Below, one piece after another: positions 1-9,271 of a stretch of DNA of 64,000 nucleotides. The DNA comes from an uncultured Planctomycetales bacterium (GTDB taxonomy: Bacteria > Omnitrophota > Gorgyraeia > Zapsychrales > JBDRMG01), in the NCBI GenBank assembly GCA_964478715.1, contig CAYZIY010000009.1, positions 4,113 to 68,112 of the forward strand, read 5' to 3'. A model generated the notes under the pieces. That model worked only from the letters and a program-made list of their open reading frames with translations, was not told the origin of the DNA and searched no databases. Position 1 is the stretch's first letter. Each line of letters starts with the position of its first letter. The position numbers and the translations under genes are program-made.

Positions 1-1
1 G

Positions 2-430
2 CGGTTTAAAGACATTGCCGATAAAAAGAAAGAAGTTTTCGATGAGGATTTGATTGCTATTGTCGAAGACGAGATCAAATTAGTGGAGAAGGTATGGACG
101 CTCATAGATTTGCGCATGACCTCAGGCATTGATATTCCTCCGGAGGCTACTGTTACGCTCCAATCAAAAGGAAATAAATACAAAAAAACGTTTTCCGGAG
201 ACGGGCCGGTCGATGCCTGCTACAAGGCCATCGATTCAATCACCAAAATGAGGGGACAGCTTTTGGATTATTCCATCCGATCTGTCACGCGCGGAAAAGA
301 TGCCCTGGGTGAAGTTACGTTGAAAGCGAGAATCAAAAACAAAATCGTTATCACCCATGGGGCCAGCACCGATATTCTGGTTGCTTCGGCCAAAGCTTAT
401 ATCAATGCGATCAATAAAGCCCTTTCTTAA
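2..430 (+). CDS. leuA: 2-isopropylmalate synthase / citramalate synthase family, C-terminal regulatory (LeuA-dimer) domain; 5' end lies outside the window
   Basis: Reading frame open from base 2. Translation ...GDGPVDACYKAIDSI...LLDYSIRSVTRGKDALGEVTLKA...THGASTDILVASAKAYINAINKAL matches the conserved C-terminal allosteric domain of LeuA/CimA. Confidence 0.6.
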   Translation, partial: RFKDIADKKKEVFDEDLIAIVEDEIKLVEKVWTLIDLRMTSGIDIPPEATVTLQSKGNKYKKTFSGDGPVDACYKAIDSITKMRGQLLDYSIRSVTRGKDALGEVTLKARIKNKIVITHGASTDILVASAKAYINAINKALS

Positions 431-452
431 TAAATCGGAGAAATATTTTCTC

Positions 453-1331
453 ATGGATGTTCCTCGGGAACATATTGCCACTTACGGATTGATTGGCTAT
501 CCTCTTTTTCACAGCCTCTCTCCGAGGATGCACAATGCGGCTTTTCAAGCACTGGGTGTAGACGCCGTATACAAGCTTTTTCCTCTTAAGGAAGATGAAT
601 TTAGACCTTTTCTTAAGGAACTTCAAAATCCAGAAAATCCCATTTTCGGATTGAATGTCACTGTTCCTTATAAAGAGAAAGTTATGGCTCATCTTGACGC
701 CCTGAGTCCATTTGCACAAAAGACGAAAGCCGTTAATACGATTGTGATTTCCAAAGATCGTAAATTAAGCGGTTTTAATACCGATGGACCCGGTTTCTTG
801 ACTCATTTACGCGAACTCAAAATCCCAACTGAAAAAAGAAGATTCGCGATTATTGGGGCCGGAGGAGCAGCGAGGGCACTTATTTCCGTTTTGAGTGTCA
901 TTGAGAAAAAACCGGCTTCCATTAAGGTTTTTGATATCGACTGGCAAAAATGTGAGTCTCTTGCGAAAGATTTAAGTCAGTCTCTGGATTTTAAGCATGT
1001 CCAGGCGGTTCGAAGCCTTGATGATTTAAATATTGAATTAGTCGATGTCTTGATCAATGCCACTCCCGTTGGACTTAAAGAAAGTGATCCATCGCCTATC
1101 GAATTTGGTCTTTTGCATTCTAATCTTTTTGTTTACGATCTTATCTATAATCCGGCTGAGACAAAACTCTTACGCTTGGCAAGGGAAAAAGGAGCCCAGA
1201 CAGCTAATGGTTTGGGCATGCTTTTTTATCAGGGCGTTTTGGCTTTTGAACATTGGGCCGAGAGAGAGCTTGAAGAAGAGATTAAGTCCATAATGTTCAA
1301 AAGTCTTAAGGAAGGTTTAAGCTGTGCCTGA
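453..1331 (+). CDS. aroE: shikimate 5-dehydrogenase
   Basis: YGLIGYPLFHSLSPRMHNAAF...GLNVTVPYKEKV...NTDGPGF...IIGAGGAARA are AroE hallmarks. ATG at 453 sits just after the leuA stop; the upstream part of the listed ORF overlaps leuA and is not used. Confidence 0.85.
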   Translation: MDVPREHIATYGLIGYPLFHSLSPRMHNAAFQALGVDAVYKLFPLKEDEFRPFLKELQNPENPIFGLNVTVPYKEKVMAHLDALSPFAQKTKAVNTIVISKDRKLSGFNTDGPGFLTHLRELKIPTEKRRFAIIGAGGAARALISVLSVIEKKPASIKVFDIDWQKCESLAKDLSQSLDFKHVQAVRSLDDLNIELVDVLINATPVGLKESDPSPIEFGLLHSNLFVYDLIYNPAETKLLRLAREKGAQTANGLGMLFYQGVLAFEHWAERELEEEIKSIMFKSLKEGLSCA

Positions 1332-2304
1332 TCTTTTTATTTTAAGCGGACTTTTTATTGTTGGGGCTTGTATTGGGAGTTTTCTGAATGTTTGCATAGT
1401 TCGTTTACCCAAAGAAGAATCCGTCGTTAGACCCAGATCGCAATGTCTAGCCTGCCATAAACAAATTCTCTGGTATGATAATATTCCCCTGATCAGTTAT
1501 TTTCTCTTAAAAGGCCGTTGTCGTTTTTGCAAAAAAAGATTTTCTTTCCGTTATGTTTTAGTGGAATTGATTACGGCAGGCGGGTTTGTTCTGTTTTATT
1601 TTGCCTTTGGACTATCATTGAAGTTACTGGCTTATTTGATTATGCTTTGCGGGTTTATTGTTGCGACTTTTGTTGATATTGAACATCGCATTATTCCTGA
1701 TGAAATAAGTCTGGGAGGTCTGGTTGCTGGTCTGATTCTTGGCTTTCTTTTTCCTAGTCTGCATAAGGTTGATATACGTTTCTTGGAGTACGGACGAATG
1801 ATTATGTGGGGCTTAGGTGCTTTTTGTGTGGTTGTTCACGGTATTCATTATCTGATGAAGAAAGACAGGGAAGATGCCAAGTTTATTCTAATGATCATCT
1901 TTTTTTTGGTTGCTGAATGGCTAGTCGGAATTCTTGCCGGATTCGACAACTTTTTGAATAAAAACTTTTTGAGTTTGGAAATCGGTGTTGTCGGATTTAT
2001 GATTGGCGGCGGAATGATTTATTCGATGGGCTTAGTCGGAGATTTTATCTTTCGCAAGGAGAGCATGGGCGGAGGAGATGTCAAGCTTATGGCCATGGTC
2101 GGGGCGTTTTTAGGCTGGGAGAAGACTCTGCTTGCCTTTTTTATTGCGCCGCTTTTTGGGGCTATTGTCGGCATCATTATCAAAATTCGAACGAAAGAGA
2201 GCCTTATTCCTTACGGACCCTTTCTGGTTATCGGTGCCTTGATCAGCTTATTCTGGTCCCAGGAGATTCTTGATCTATTATTTGCCCAAGTTTATGTATA
2301 TTGA
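1324..2304 (+). CDS. pilD: type IV prepilin peptidase (A24 family), long form with extra TM segments
   Basis: N-terminal GSFLNVCIVRLP, the Cys motif CLACHKQI...RCRFCKK, and catalytic Asp contexts VDIEHRIIPD and GGGDVKLM. GTG start overlaps the aroE stop. Confidence 0.75.
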   Translation: MPDLFILSGLFIVGACIGSFLNVCIVRLPKEESVVRPRSQCLACHKQILWYDNIPLISYFLLKGRCRFCKKRFSFRYVLVELITAGGFVLFYFAFGLSLKLLAYLIMLCGFIVATFVDIEHRIIPDEISLGGLVAGLILGFLFPSLHKVDIRFLEYGRMIMWGLGAFCVVVHGIHYLMKKDREDAKFILMIIFFLVAEWLVGILAGFDNFLNKNFLSLEIGVVGFMIGGGMIYSMGLVGDFIFRKESMGGGDVKLMAMVGAFLGWEKTLLAFFIAPLFGAIVGIIIKIRTKESLIPYGPFLVIGALISLFWSQEILDLLFAQVYVY

Positions 2305-2352
2305 TAGTTATTTCAAAATAAATGTTATTATATCCTTCCCTGTTCGAAGCGT

Positions 2353-2381
2353 TTGACACCCCCACAATCATATGTTACAAT
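2353..2381 (+). promoter_or_regulatory. sigma70-type promoter, TTGACA-N17-TACAAT, upstream of aroK-dprA-topA
   Basis: Consensus -35 TTGACA at 2353-2358, a 17-nt spacer, and -10 TACAAT at 2376-2381, lying 55 nt upstream of the aroK ATG. Confidence 0.45.
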
Positions 2382-2436
2382 CGGCCGTAAGTTCTGCTTG
2401 GACAGTAACTGTATACCAGTCAACAATTTACTAAAG

Positions 2437-2949
2437 ATGACGAAAGAAAATATCGCTCTGGTCGGTTTTATGGGTTCAGGCAAGAGCGTTACCGCAAAGC
2501 ATTTATCTCATAGACTTAATAGAAGTCTTGTTTCTACAGATGCCTTGATCGAAAGGCGTGAAAACAGAAAAATCGTCGATATTTTTCGGGATAATGGGGA
2601 AGCCTATTTCAGGAAAGTCGAATCGCAAATTGTCTGGGACGTTTCACAAAAACAAAGACAGGTTATTGATTGCGGTGGTGGCGTTGTTCTCAGTCGGAAT
2701 AATATTGATTGCCTGAGAAGATCCGGAGTTGTGATCTATCTCAAGGCTTCACCTGATGTGATTTTTCGACGTGTTAAAAATCAGACTCATCGGCCGATTC
2801 TAAATGTCCATGATCCGGAGAGGAAAATCGAAGAGCTTTTAAGCCAGCGCTGGCCTTTTTACGAGAAAGCCGATCATCAAATCGAAACGGATAATAAAAC
2901 AATTTTTCAGGTTGTTGAGGATATTATCAGGATTCTCGATGATGAATGA
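2437..2949 (+). CDS. aroK: shikimate kinase
   Basis: Walker A IALVGFMGSGKS, STDALIE and DCGGGVV motifs; about 170 aa from the internal ATG at 2437. Confidence 0.85.
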   Translation: MTKENIALVGFMGSGKSVTAKHLSHRLNRSLVSTDALIERRENRKIVDIFRDNGEAYFRKVESQIVWDVSQKQRQVIDCGGGVVLSRNNIDCLRRSGVVIYLKASPDVIFRRVKNQTHRPILNVHDPERKIEELLSQRWPFYEKADHQIETDNKTIFQVVEDIIRILDDE

Positions 2950-4060
2950 AAAACATTATCTTCTGTGCCTCAATGCCGTTGAGGGTATCGGCGGAATACG
3001 TTTTAGAAAGCTGCTTGAATTTTTTAAAACAGCTAAAAATATTTTTCGCGCTAGTCACAAAAGTCTGGAAAATTGTGGTTTTCTCTCTAAGAAGATTATT
3101 GAGAATATTCAATCATTTGATTGTCGACGATTTCTAGACCAAGAGCTTGATTTGTTAAATCGGTATCAAACGCAGTTCATGACTCTTATGGATCATGATT
3201 ATCCGGCTTGTTTAAGACAGCTTCCCGATTTTCCCGGTATCCTTTATCTCAAAGGACGTCTGAAACCCGAACATGGTTTAAGCTTGGCTTTGGTCGGATC
3301 AAGGCGGGCTTCTTTTTATGGATTGGAAATGGCTGAAAAATTTGCCGGGCAATTAAGCGAGCTGGGCTTGACCATTATATCGGGTTTAGCTCATGGCATT
3401 GATGCGGCCGCTCATCGCGGTGCTCTGAAGGCCGGTGGTTGCACTATTGCCGTCTTGGGATGCGGGTTGAAAACCATTTATCCGGAATGCAATGTCAAGC
3501 TAAGCGAAGATATTGTGAGTCATAATGGTGTGCTCATTTCAGAATATCCGATGAATGAACCTCCTAGAGCTCACAATTTTCCCAGAAGGAACCGAATCGT
3601 CAGCGGTTTGTCTCTGGCTGTGTTAGTTGTTGAAGCGGCAAAACGCAGCGGTGCTTTGATCACAAGCCATTGCGCACTTGAGCAGGGCAAAGATGTGTTT
3701 GCCGTACCGGGAAAAGTCAACTCTCCAACGACGGCTGGCGTTCATCAGCTGATTAAAGAGGGAGCCAAGCTAACGACCTGTGTTGAAGATATTCTTGAGG
3801 AGCTTCATCCTCAAATTCAACATCAGCTTCAAAGCATACACAGATCAAATGATCGAAAAGTGACACCCACGGCAATGGGGTGGGAATTGAGCAAGAATGA
3901 AGTTGATTTGTTTTCTTATATAGATAAGAATGCTTGTCACATTGATGAAATTATTTCACGTTCACGGTTTAATGCGTCACAGGTGACGAGCCTTCTGCTG
4001 CAATTGGAACTTAAAGGGTGTATCAAGCGCCTACCGGGTAAACATTTTGCGAGGACCTAA
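2939..4060 (+). CDS. dprA: DNA processing protein DprA (Smf)
   Basis: LALVGSRRAS.YG...ISGLAHGIDAAAHRGAL...LGCGL...YP, and LAVLVVEAAKRSGALITS...VFAVPG, form the DprA Rossmann core. ATG at 2939 overlaps the aroK stop. Confidence 0.85.
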   Translation: MMNEKHYLLCLNAVEGIGGIRFRKLLEFFKTAKNIFRASHKSLENCGFLSKKIIENIQSFDCRRFLDQELDLLNRYQTQFMTLMDHDYPACLRQLPDFPGILYLKGRLKPEHGLSLALVGSRRASFYGLEMAEKFAGQLSELGLTIISGLAHGIDAAAHRGALKAGGCTIAVLGCGLKTIYPECNVKLSEDIVSHNGVLISEYPMNEPPRAHNFPRRNRIVSGLSLAVLVVEAAKRSGALITSHCALEQGKDVFAVPGKVNSPTTAGVHQLIKEGAKLTTCVEDILEELHPQIQHQLQSIHRSNDRKVTPTAMGWELSKNEVDLFSYIDKNACHIDEIISRSRFNASQVTSLLLQLELKGCIKRLPGKHFART

Positions 4061-4063
4061 GCT

Positions 4064-6037
4064 ATGGGAAAAAGCAAATCCTTAGTTATCGTTGAGTCTC
4101 CGGCAAAGATCAAGACAATCAATAAAATCCTCGGAGACGATTACAAAGTTTGCGCTTCAATGGGGCATTTGGTGGATTTGCCTGTTTCTTCTTTTGGGGT
4201 GGACATTGAAAACAACTTTGAACCGCATTTTATTATTGTGCGAAAAAAACGTAAACAGCTAAATAAAATCAAAAAGGAAGCTGAAAAGAAGAAAGAAATT
4301 TATATCGCAACCGACCCTGATCGCGAGGGAGAGGCTATCGGTTGGCATTTAGCCCAAACCATCGGGGACGGCAAAAAGATTCACAGGGTTGTTTTTCACG
4401 AAATTACCAAAGAGGCGGTGCGCAAAGCTTTTGCTCATCCCAAGATGATCGATCAAAAGAAAATCGAGTCCCAGACAGCTCGACGAGTTCTTGATAGAAT
4501 TGTCGGGTATCAGCTGAGTCCTTTGCTTTGGAAGAAAGTCGGAGGCGGTTTAAGTGCCGGACGCGTTCAATCGGTGGCCTTGAGGATCTTAGTTGATCGC
4601 GAGAGGGAGATTGAAAAGTTCGTTCCTCAGGAATACTGGCAGATTGCCATTGATTTGAAGAAAAAAGATTCTCCAGATGTTTTTTCCGCTTCGCTGGATA
4701 AAATCGATCAGGAGAAATTCGATATTAAAAATGAAAAAAAGGCACACGAGATCTCTGAGGAGATTAAAAAACAGAATTTTGGTATCGAAAAAATTACTAA
4801 AAGAGAGACTAGGCGTAATCCTCTTCCACCGTTTATCACCAGCACTCTTCAGCAGGAGGCTTTCAATAAATTGCATTATAATGCCAGCCGTACCATGATG
4901 ATTGCCCAACAGCTTTATGAAGGCATTGAAATTGATGGAGAGTCAACGGGTTTGATTACCTATATGCGTACGGATTCTGTTCATATTGCCAAAGAAGCCA
5001 TGGAAAAAGTTAGAGGTTATATCAAAAAGAATTACGGAGAGAAATATTTACCGTCAAAGCCAAAAGTTTATCGCAGTAAAAAGAGAGCGCAAGAAGCCCA
5101 CGAGGCTATTCGGCCGACCAGCGTAGCGTATACTCCACAGGCTATGGCCAAATATCTTGAACTCGATCAAATAAAGCTTTATGAACTAATTTGGAATCGT
5201 TTTGTGGCTTGCCAGATGACGTCGGCTGTATTTGATAATCGCCGTATGGAAATAAAAGCCGGTCGCTTTCAGTTTAGTGCCAGCGGATCAGCAGTTAAGT
5301 TTGATGGATTTCTCTTTTTACAAAAAGAAAAAGAGGACTCCAAGGCCTCTCTTGATATTTCCAAATATCAGGTCGGTGATCATTTGGAGTTTCAATCCGT
5401 TTATCCTTCTCAACATTTCACAAAACCACCTCCGCATTATTCGGAGGGGACTTTGGTTAAAGCCCTTGAGGATGCGGGTATCGGCCGCCCGAGCACTTAT
5501 GCACCGATCATTCAAACCTTGGTGATGAGAAATTATGTTTCGCGTGATCGGGGCTATTTCAAAGCTCAGGAATTAGGTATGCTGATCTGTGATATGCTTA
5601 TTGAATATTTTCCCAAAATTATGGATATCGGTTTTACCGCGACCATGGAAGAGGATTTAGATTTAATCGAGGAAGGGAGAATGGAATACGGGGAATTGCT
5701 GAAAGAATTTTATCGGCCGTTTAAAGAAGAACTCGATTATGCTATGGCCAATATAGAAAAGACAGAGAATTACTTCGATAAAAGATGCCCCAAATGCAAT
5801 CGGCAATTGGTTGTTAAATGGGGACGCAACGGAAAGTTTTTAAGCTGCAGCGGATTTCCTAAGTGTAAATATTCAGAGAGTTTTCCGATAGGCGTGAAAT
5901 GCCCGCAGGAAAATTGCCCCGGTGAGCTTGTTGAGCGCAGAAGCAAGCGGGGGGCCATCTTTTATGGCTGCAATCAATATCCCGCTTGTCGCTATATTTC
6001 CAATAAACTCCCGGTTGACGGCGAGAATAATAATTGA
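4064..6037 (+). CDS. topA: DNA topoisomerase I
   Basis: TOPRIM N-terminus MGKSKSLVIVESPAKIKTI, active-site region, and C-terminal Cys4 zinc-ribbon repeats (CPKCNRQLV..., CPQENCPG...). Confidence 0.9.
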   Translation: MGKSKSLVIVESPAKIKTINKILGDDYKVCASMGHLVDLPVSSFGVDIENNFEPHFIIVRKKRKQLNKIKKEAEKKKEIYIATDPDREGEAIGWHLAQTIGDGKKIHRVVFHEITKEAVRKAFAHPKMIDQKKIESQTARRVLDRIVGYQLSPLLWKKVGGGLSAGRVQSVALRILVDREREIEKFVPQEYWQIAIDLKKKDSPDVFSASLDKIDQEKFDIKNEKKAHEISEEIKKQNFGIEKITKRETRRNPLPPFITSTLQQEAFNKLHYNASRTMMIAQQLYEGIEIDGESTGLITYMRTDSVHIAKEAMEKVRGYIKKNYGEKYLPSKPKVYRSKKRAQEAHEAIRPTSVAYTPQAMAKYLELDQIKLYELIWNRFVACQMTSAVFDNRRMEIKAGRFQFSASGSAVKFDGFLFLQKEKEDSKASLDISKYQVGDHLEFQSVYPSQHFTKPPPHYSEGTLVKALEDAGIGRPSTYAPIIQTLVMRNYVSRDRGYFKAQELGMLICDMLIEYFPKIMDIGFTATMEEDLDLIEEGRMEYGELLKEFYRPFKEELDYAMANIEKTENYFDKRCPKCNRQLVVKWGRNGKFLSCSGFPKCKYSESFPIGVKCPQENCPGELVERRSKRGAIFYGCNQYPACRYISNKLPVDGENNN

Positions 6038-6897
6038 TGAACCGGTTTATCGAAAAATTTCTGGCCTACCTGGAGATCGAGAAGAATTATTCCCCGCACA
6101 CGCTTTTAAATTATCGTATTGATTTAGAAATATTTTTCGCTTTTATCAAAGATCAGACGATTGAGCGTGTAGATTATTTTACTTGTCGTAGATTTCTGGC
6201 TCATCTGAAATCAAAAATGCTTAAGCCTCGCAGTTTGGCTCGTCGGCTTTCGGCCTTACGGAGTTTTTTTAAGTTTTTGCATCGTGAGGGATTGATTAAG
6301 AGCAATCCGACACTGCTTTTATTAACACCTAAGCTGGACAAGAAATTGCCGAAATTTCTTTCCGAACCAGAGACTTTTCGTCTTCTCGAAATTCCAGGGA
6401 CATATAAGATCTCAGGGCTGCGCGATCGGGCTCTTTTTGAAACTCTTTATAGCTCCGGGTTGCGGGTCAGCGAGCTGGTGGCGCTTAACACCGACAGTAT
6501 CGATTATTTTAGTAATCTGGTCAAAGTGATGGGAAAAGGAAGAAAAGAAAGGATTGTTCCTTTGGGTGATCAGGCCCTTAGGGCCATCAAAAAATATCTC
6601 GATAAGCGGAAAAGCCAAGAGAAGGCATTGTTTTTAAATAAAAACGGAAAACGGTTAAGCGATCGGGGCGTGCGTTTGATCATGAATAAATATATCAAAC
6701 AGATGAGTATTCAAAGCGGAGTTTCTCCACATACGCTCAGGCATTCTTTTGCTACGCATCTTTTGGACCATGGAGCGGACTTGCGTTCCGTGCAAGAACT
6801 TCTCGGTCACGTCAACCTGTCGACAACGCAAATTTATACACACCTTTCAACCGAAAGGATTAAGACTATTTACGATAAGGCTCACCCTCGGGCTTAG
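6034..6897 (+). CDS. tyrosine site-specific recombinase, XerC/XerD family
   Basis: Phage-integrase N-terminal SAM-like domain, catalytic HTLRHSFATHLL and LLGHVNLSTTQIYTH with the terminal Tyr. Confidence 0.85.
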   Translation: MMNRFIEKFLAYLEIEKNYSPHTLLNYRIDLEIFFAFIKDQTIERVDYFTCRRFLAHLKSKMLKPRSLARRLSALRSFFKFLHREGLIKSNPTLLLLTPKLDKKLPKFLSEPETFRLLEIPGTYKISGLRDRALFETLYSSGLRVSELVALNTDSIDYFSNLVKVMGKGRKERIVPLGDQALRAIKKYLDKRKSQEKALFLNKNGKRLSDRGVRLIMNKYIKQMSIQSGVSPHTLRHSFATHLLDHGADLRSVQELLGHVNLSTTQIYTHLSTERIKTIYDKAHPRA

Positions 6898-6908
6898 AGA
6901 ATCCGGCT

Positions 6909-8195
6909 ATGCGATTGGTATTCGATTTCCTTTATCTTTGCGGCAGTCCGTTTTTTGTGCTGTATCTTTTGATTAATAGAAAGTGGCATCGGAAAATGCC
7001 GATGCGCTTTGGATGCTACTGCTCAGGTGATATAGAACAATTAAAGAGCAAGGATAATATCTGGATTCATGCCGTTAGCGTTGGAGAAGTGTTGGCTGTG
7101 CGCAAAATAATTCGCGCTCTTAAGGACAACTTTCCATTTCATCAGATTGTTATATCAACGGTGACTCAAACCGGATATGTGACTGCTCTCCATAAGGATC
7201 AAATCGCCGATATCGTCATTTACGCACCCTTTGATTTCAGTTGGATTGTCAACAAAGTCATCCGGATTATCAATCCCAAAATCTATATTTTGGCCGAAAC
7301 AGAATTCTGGCCTAATATGTTAATGACATTGAATCAGCAAAAAATTCCGGTTGTTTTGGTCAATGGAAGAATATCCGATCGATCCTTTGTTAATTATAAA
7401 CGCTGGAAATTTTTATTTCAGCAGTCTTTAAAGTCTATGCGCCTGTGTTGCATGCAAAGCGATTGTGATCAAGAGCGCCTTATTGAGATGGGAGTCGATA
7501 AGAGCCGAGTACAGGTTGTGGGCAATGTGAAATTTGATGATTTGCCAGTCGACGAAGGAATGGTTTATGATTATTTGCATATTCACGTGAATGAGCTCTG
7601 GTGGGTGGCGGGAAGTACGCATACTGGTGAAGAGGAAATAGTCTTTAGAACATATCAACGGCTATCAACTTTTTATCCCAAATTACATCTTATTCTTGCT
7701 CCGCGTCATGTGAGTCGAGTGAAGGAAATTTGTCAACTTATTGAACAGCAGGGATATCAGCCTGTCAGATATTCTGAATGTCAAAAGGTAAAGATTGACA
7801 GAGGTCAGATTGTTGTGATAGATGAGATCGGTCACCTCAAGCAAATCTATCGAATCGCTTGTTTTGTTTTTGTTGGAAAGAGTTTAAAAAAAGGCGGAGG
7901 TCAAAATATTATAGAGCCCGCTTTTTTCTTAAAACCGATTTTAGTTGGACCTCTGACGGATAATTTTCGCGATGTCGTTAAGCTCTTCCAGGATGCCCAG
8001 GCTATTGCCGTTGTGCATGATGAAAACGAACTTTTCCAAAGTGCACGCAAACTGCTTGATAATGCTAACTACCGGGAAGAAATGGGTAAAGCGGCCCATC
8101 AGGTTGTAATGAATAATGTGGGAGCTTCCGCAAGGAGTGCATCTCTGATCGCATCCGTTTTAACTGAGTCGACTCCCAGTAGTAAGAAATCATGA
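6909..8195 (+). CDS. waaA: 3-deoxy-D-manno-octulosonic acid (Kdo) transferase
   Basis: IWIHAVSVGEV, ISTVTQTG and FWPNML...PVVLVNGRIS are KdtA/WaaA hallmarks. Confidence 0.85.
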   Translation: MRLVFDFLYLCGSPFFVLYLLINRKWHRKMPMRFGCYCSGDIEQLKSKDNIWIHAVSVGEVLAVRKIIRALKDNFPFHQIVISTVTQTGYVTALHKDQIADIVIYAPFDFSWIVNKVIRIINPKIYILAETEFWPNMLMTLNQQKIPVVLVNGRISDRSFVNYKRWKFLFQQSLKSMRLCCMQSDCDQERLIEMGVDKSRVQVVGNVKFDDLPVDEGMVYDYLHIHVNELWWVAGSTHTGEEEIVFRTYQRLSTFYPKLHLILAPRHVSRVKEICQLIEQQGYQPVRYSECQKVKIDRGQIVVIDEIGHLKQIYRIACFVFVGKSLKKGGGQNIIEPAFFLKPILVGPLTDNFRDVVKLFQDAQAIAVVHDENELFQSARKLLDNANYREEMGKAAHQVVMNNVGASARSASLIASVLTESTPSSKKS

Positions 8196-9271
8196 GATCT
8201 TATTTTTACCGTTTAGCCACAGATCAAATTCATTCACCTTTGGCAAATATCTTGAAGGTCTTTTTATTGCTTGCTTCGTATGGTTATGCTTTAGGGGTGA
8301 GAGTACTTGTTTTTCTATATCGCAGGGGTCTATTAAAAACAAGTACTCTCGCTCAACCGGTGATTTGTGTCGGGAATATCACGCTTGGAGGTGTAGGAAA
8401 AACTCCTTTGGTTATAAAGATTTCTCAATATTTAAAAAGTAAAGGGATCTTAAATGCTGTTTTAACTCGAGGCTATATGGCCTCTCGTAAGGAAGGACTT
8501 CAAGAAGGAGAGCTTTTTAGCGACGAGGCCATTTTAATGCAACAGACGCTTAGTGACATTCCCGTTTTAGTCGGGGCTAACCGATATGCCCTGGCTCAAT
8601 CATTGATGGAACGCTCTATGGTGGATGTTTTTATTTTGGATGACGGGTATCAGCACTGGAAACTAAAAAAAAATCTCAATATTGTGGCGATTGATGCGAC
8701 TAACCCCTTTGGTAATGGTTATCTAGTTCCTCGTGGAATTTTGCGTGAACCTTTAAGCCATCTTAAGCGTGCCCATGTTTTTGTTATTACCAAAGTCGAT
8801 CTTGGTGCGGCCAACTTGGATCAGATCAAAACGACGTTAAGGGGCATTCATCCTCAGGCCCTGATTGTTGAATCCATCCATAAGCCAGGGGGGCTCGTTG
8901 ATCTTAATAATAAAGAATTTGATAAAACATTATCTTATTTAATGGATTGCCCAGTTTGCTTTTTTTGCAGTATCGGTAATGCACGGGCTTTTGAGCAAAC
9001 CCTTGAACGTCAAAAAGCCAAAATCATGGGAAAAATGGAATTTATGGATCATCATAGATACAATGAAGGGGATATAGATCGCATTATCCACACTTATCAG
9101 CAATCTGGCGCCGAGGTTTTGATAACTACAGAGAAAGATTTGGTTAAAATCGATTATTACTTAAATCGCCTCATCAAGCAGGCGCACCTGCTTTGTTTGA
9201 AAATTAAAATAGAGTTGACCAACAATGAAAGTGAATTCCTTCACCGGATCATTAGTCTATTGGATCGTTAA
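8192..9271 (+). CDS. lpxK: tetraacyldisaccharide 4'-kinase
   Basis: P-loop VICVGNITLGGVGKTP and LTRGY; overlaps the waaA stop. Confidence 0.85.
   Translation: MRSYFYRLATDQIHSPLANILKVFLLLASYGYALGVRVLVFLYRRGLLKTSTLAQPVICVGNITLGGVGKTPLVIKISQYLKSKGILNAVLTRGYMASRKEGLQEGELFSDEAILMQQTLSDIPVLVGANRYALAQSLMERSMVDVFILDDGYQHWKLKKNLNIVAIDATNPFGNGYLVPRGILREPLSHLKRAHVFVITKVDLGAANLDQIKTTLRGIHPQALIVESIHKPGGLVDLNNKEFDKTLSYLMDCPVCFFCSIGNARAFEQTLERQKAKIMGKMEFMDHHRYNEGDIDRIIHTYQQSGAEVLITTEKDLVKIDYYLNRLIKQAHLLCLKIKIELTNNESEFLHRIISLLDR

Noticed and set aside
357-452. N-terminal extensions of listed ORFs (aroE from 357, lptB from 22589, aroK from 2353, kdsC from 21401)
   Set aside because: The extensions overlap the preceding gene in another frame and lack homology. 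Internal ATG codons aligned with conserved N-termini, placed next to stop codons or ribosome-binding sites, are better starts.
8665-8673. Homopolymeric A9 tract inside lpxK (also A8-A9 tracts in queA near 46640 and the trmD 3' end near 48745) as possible phase-variation switches
   Set aside because: They encode lysine-rich stretches in essential housekeeping genes of an AT-rich genome. There are no tetranucleotide or G/C tracts typical of contingency loci.
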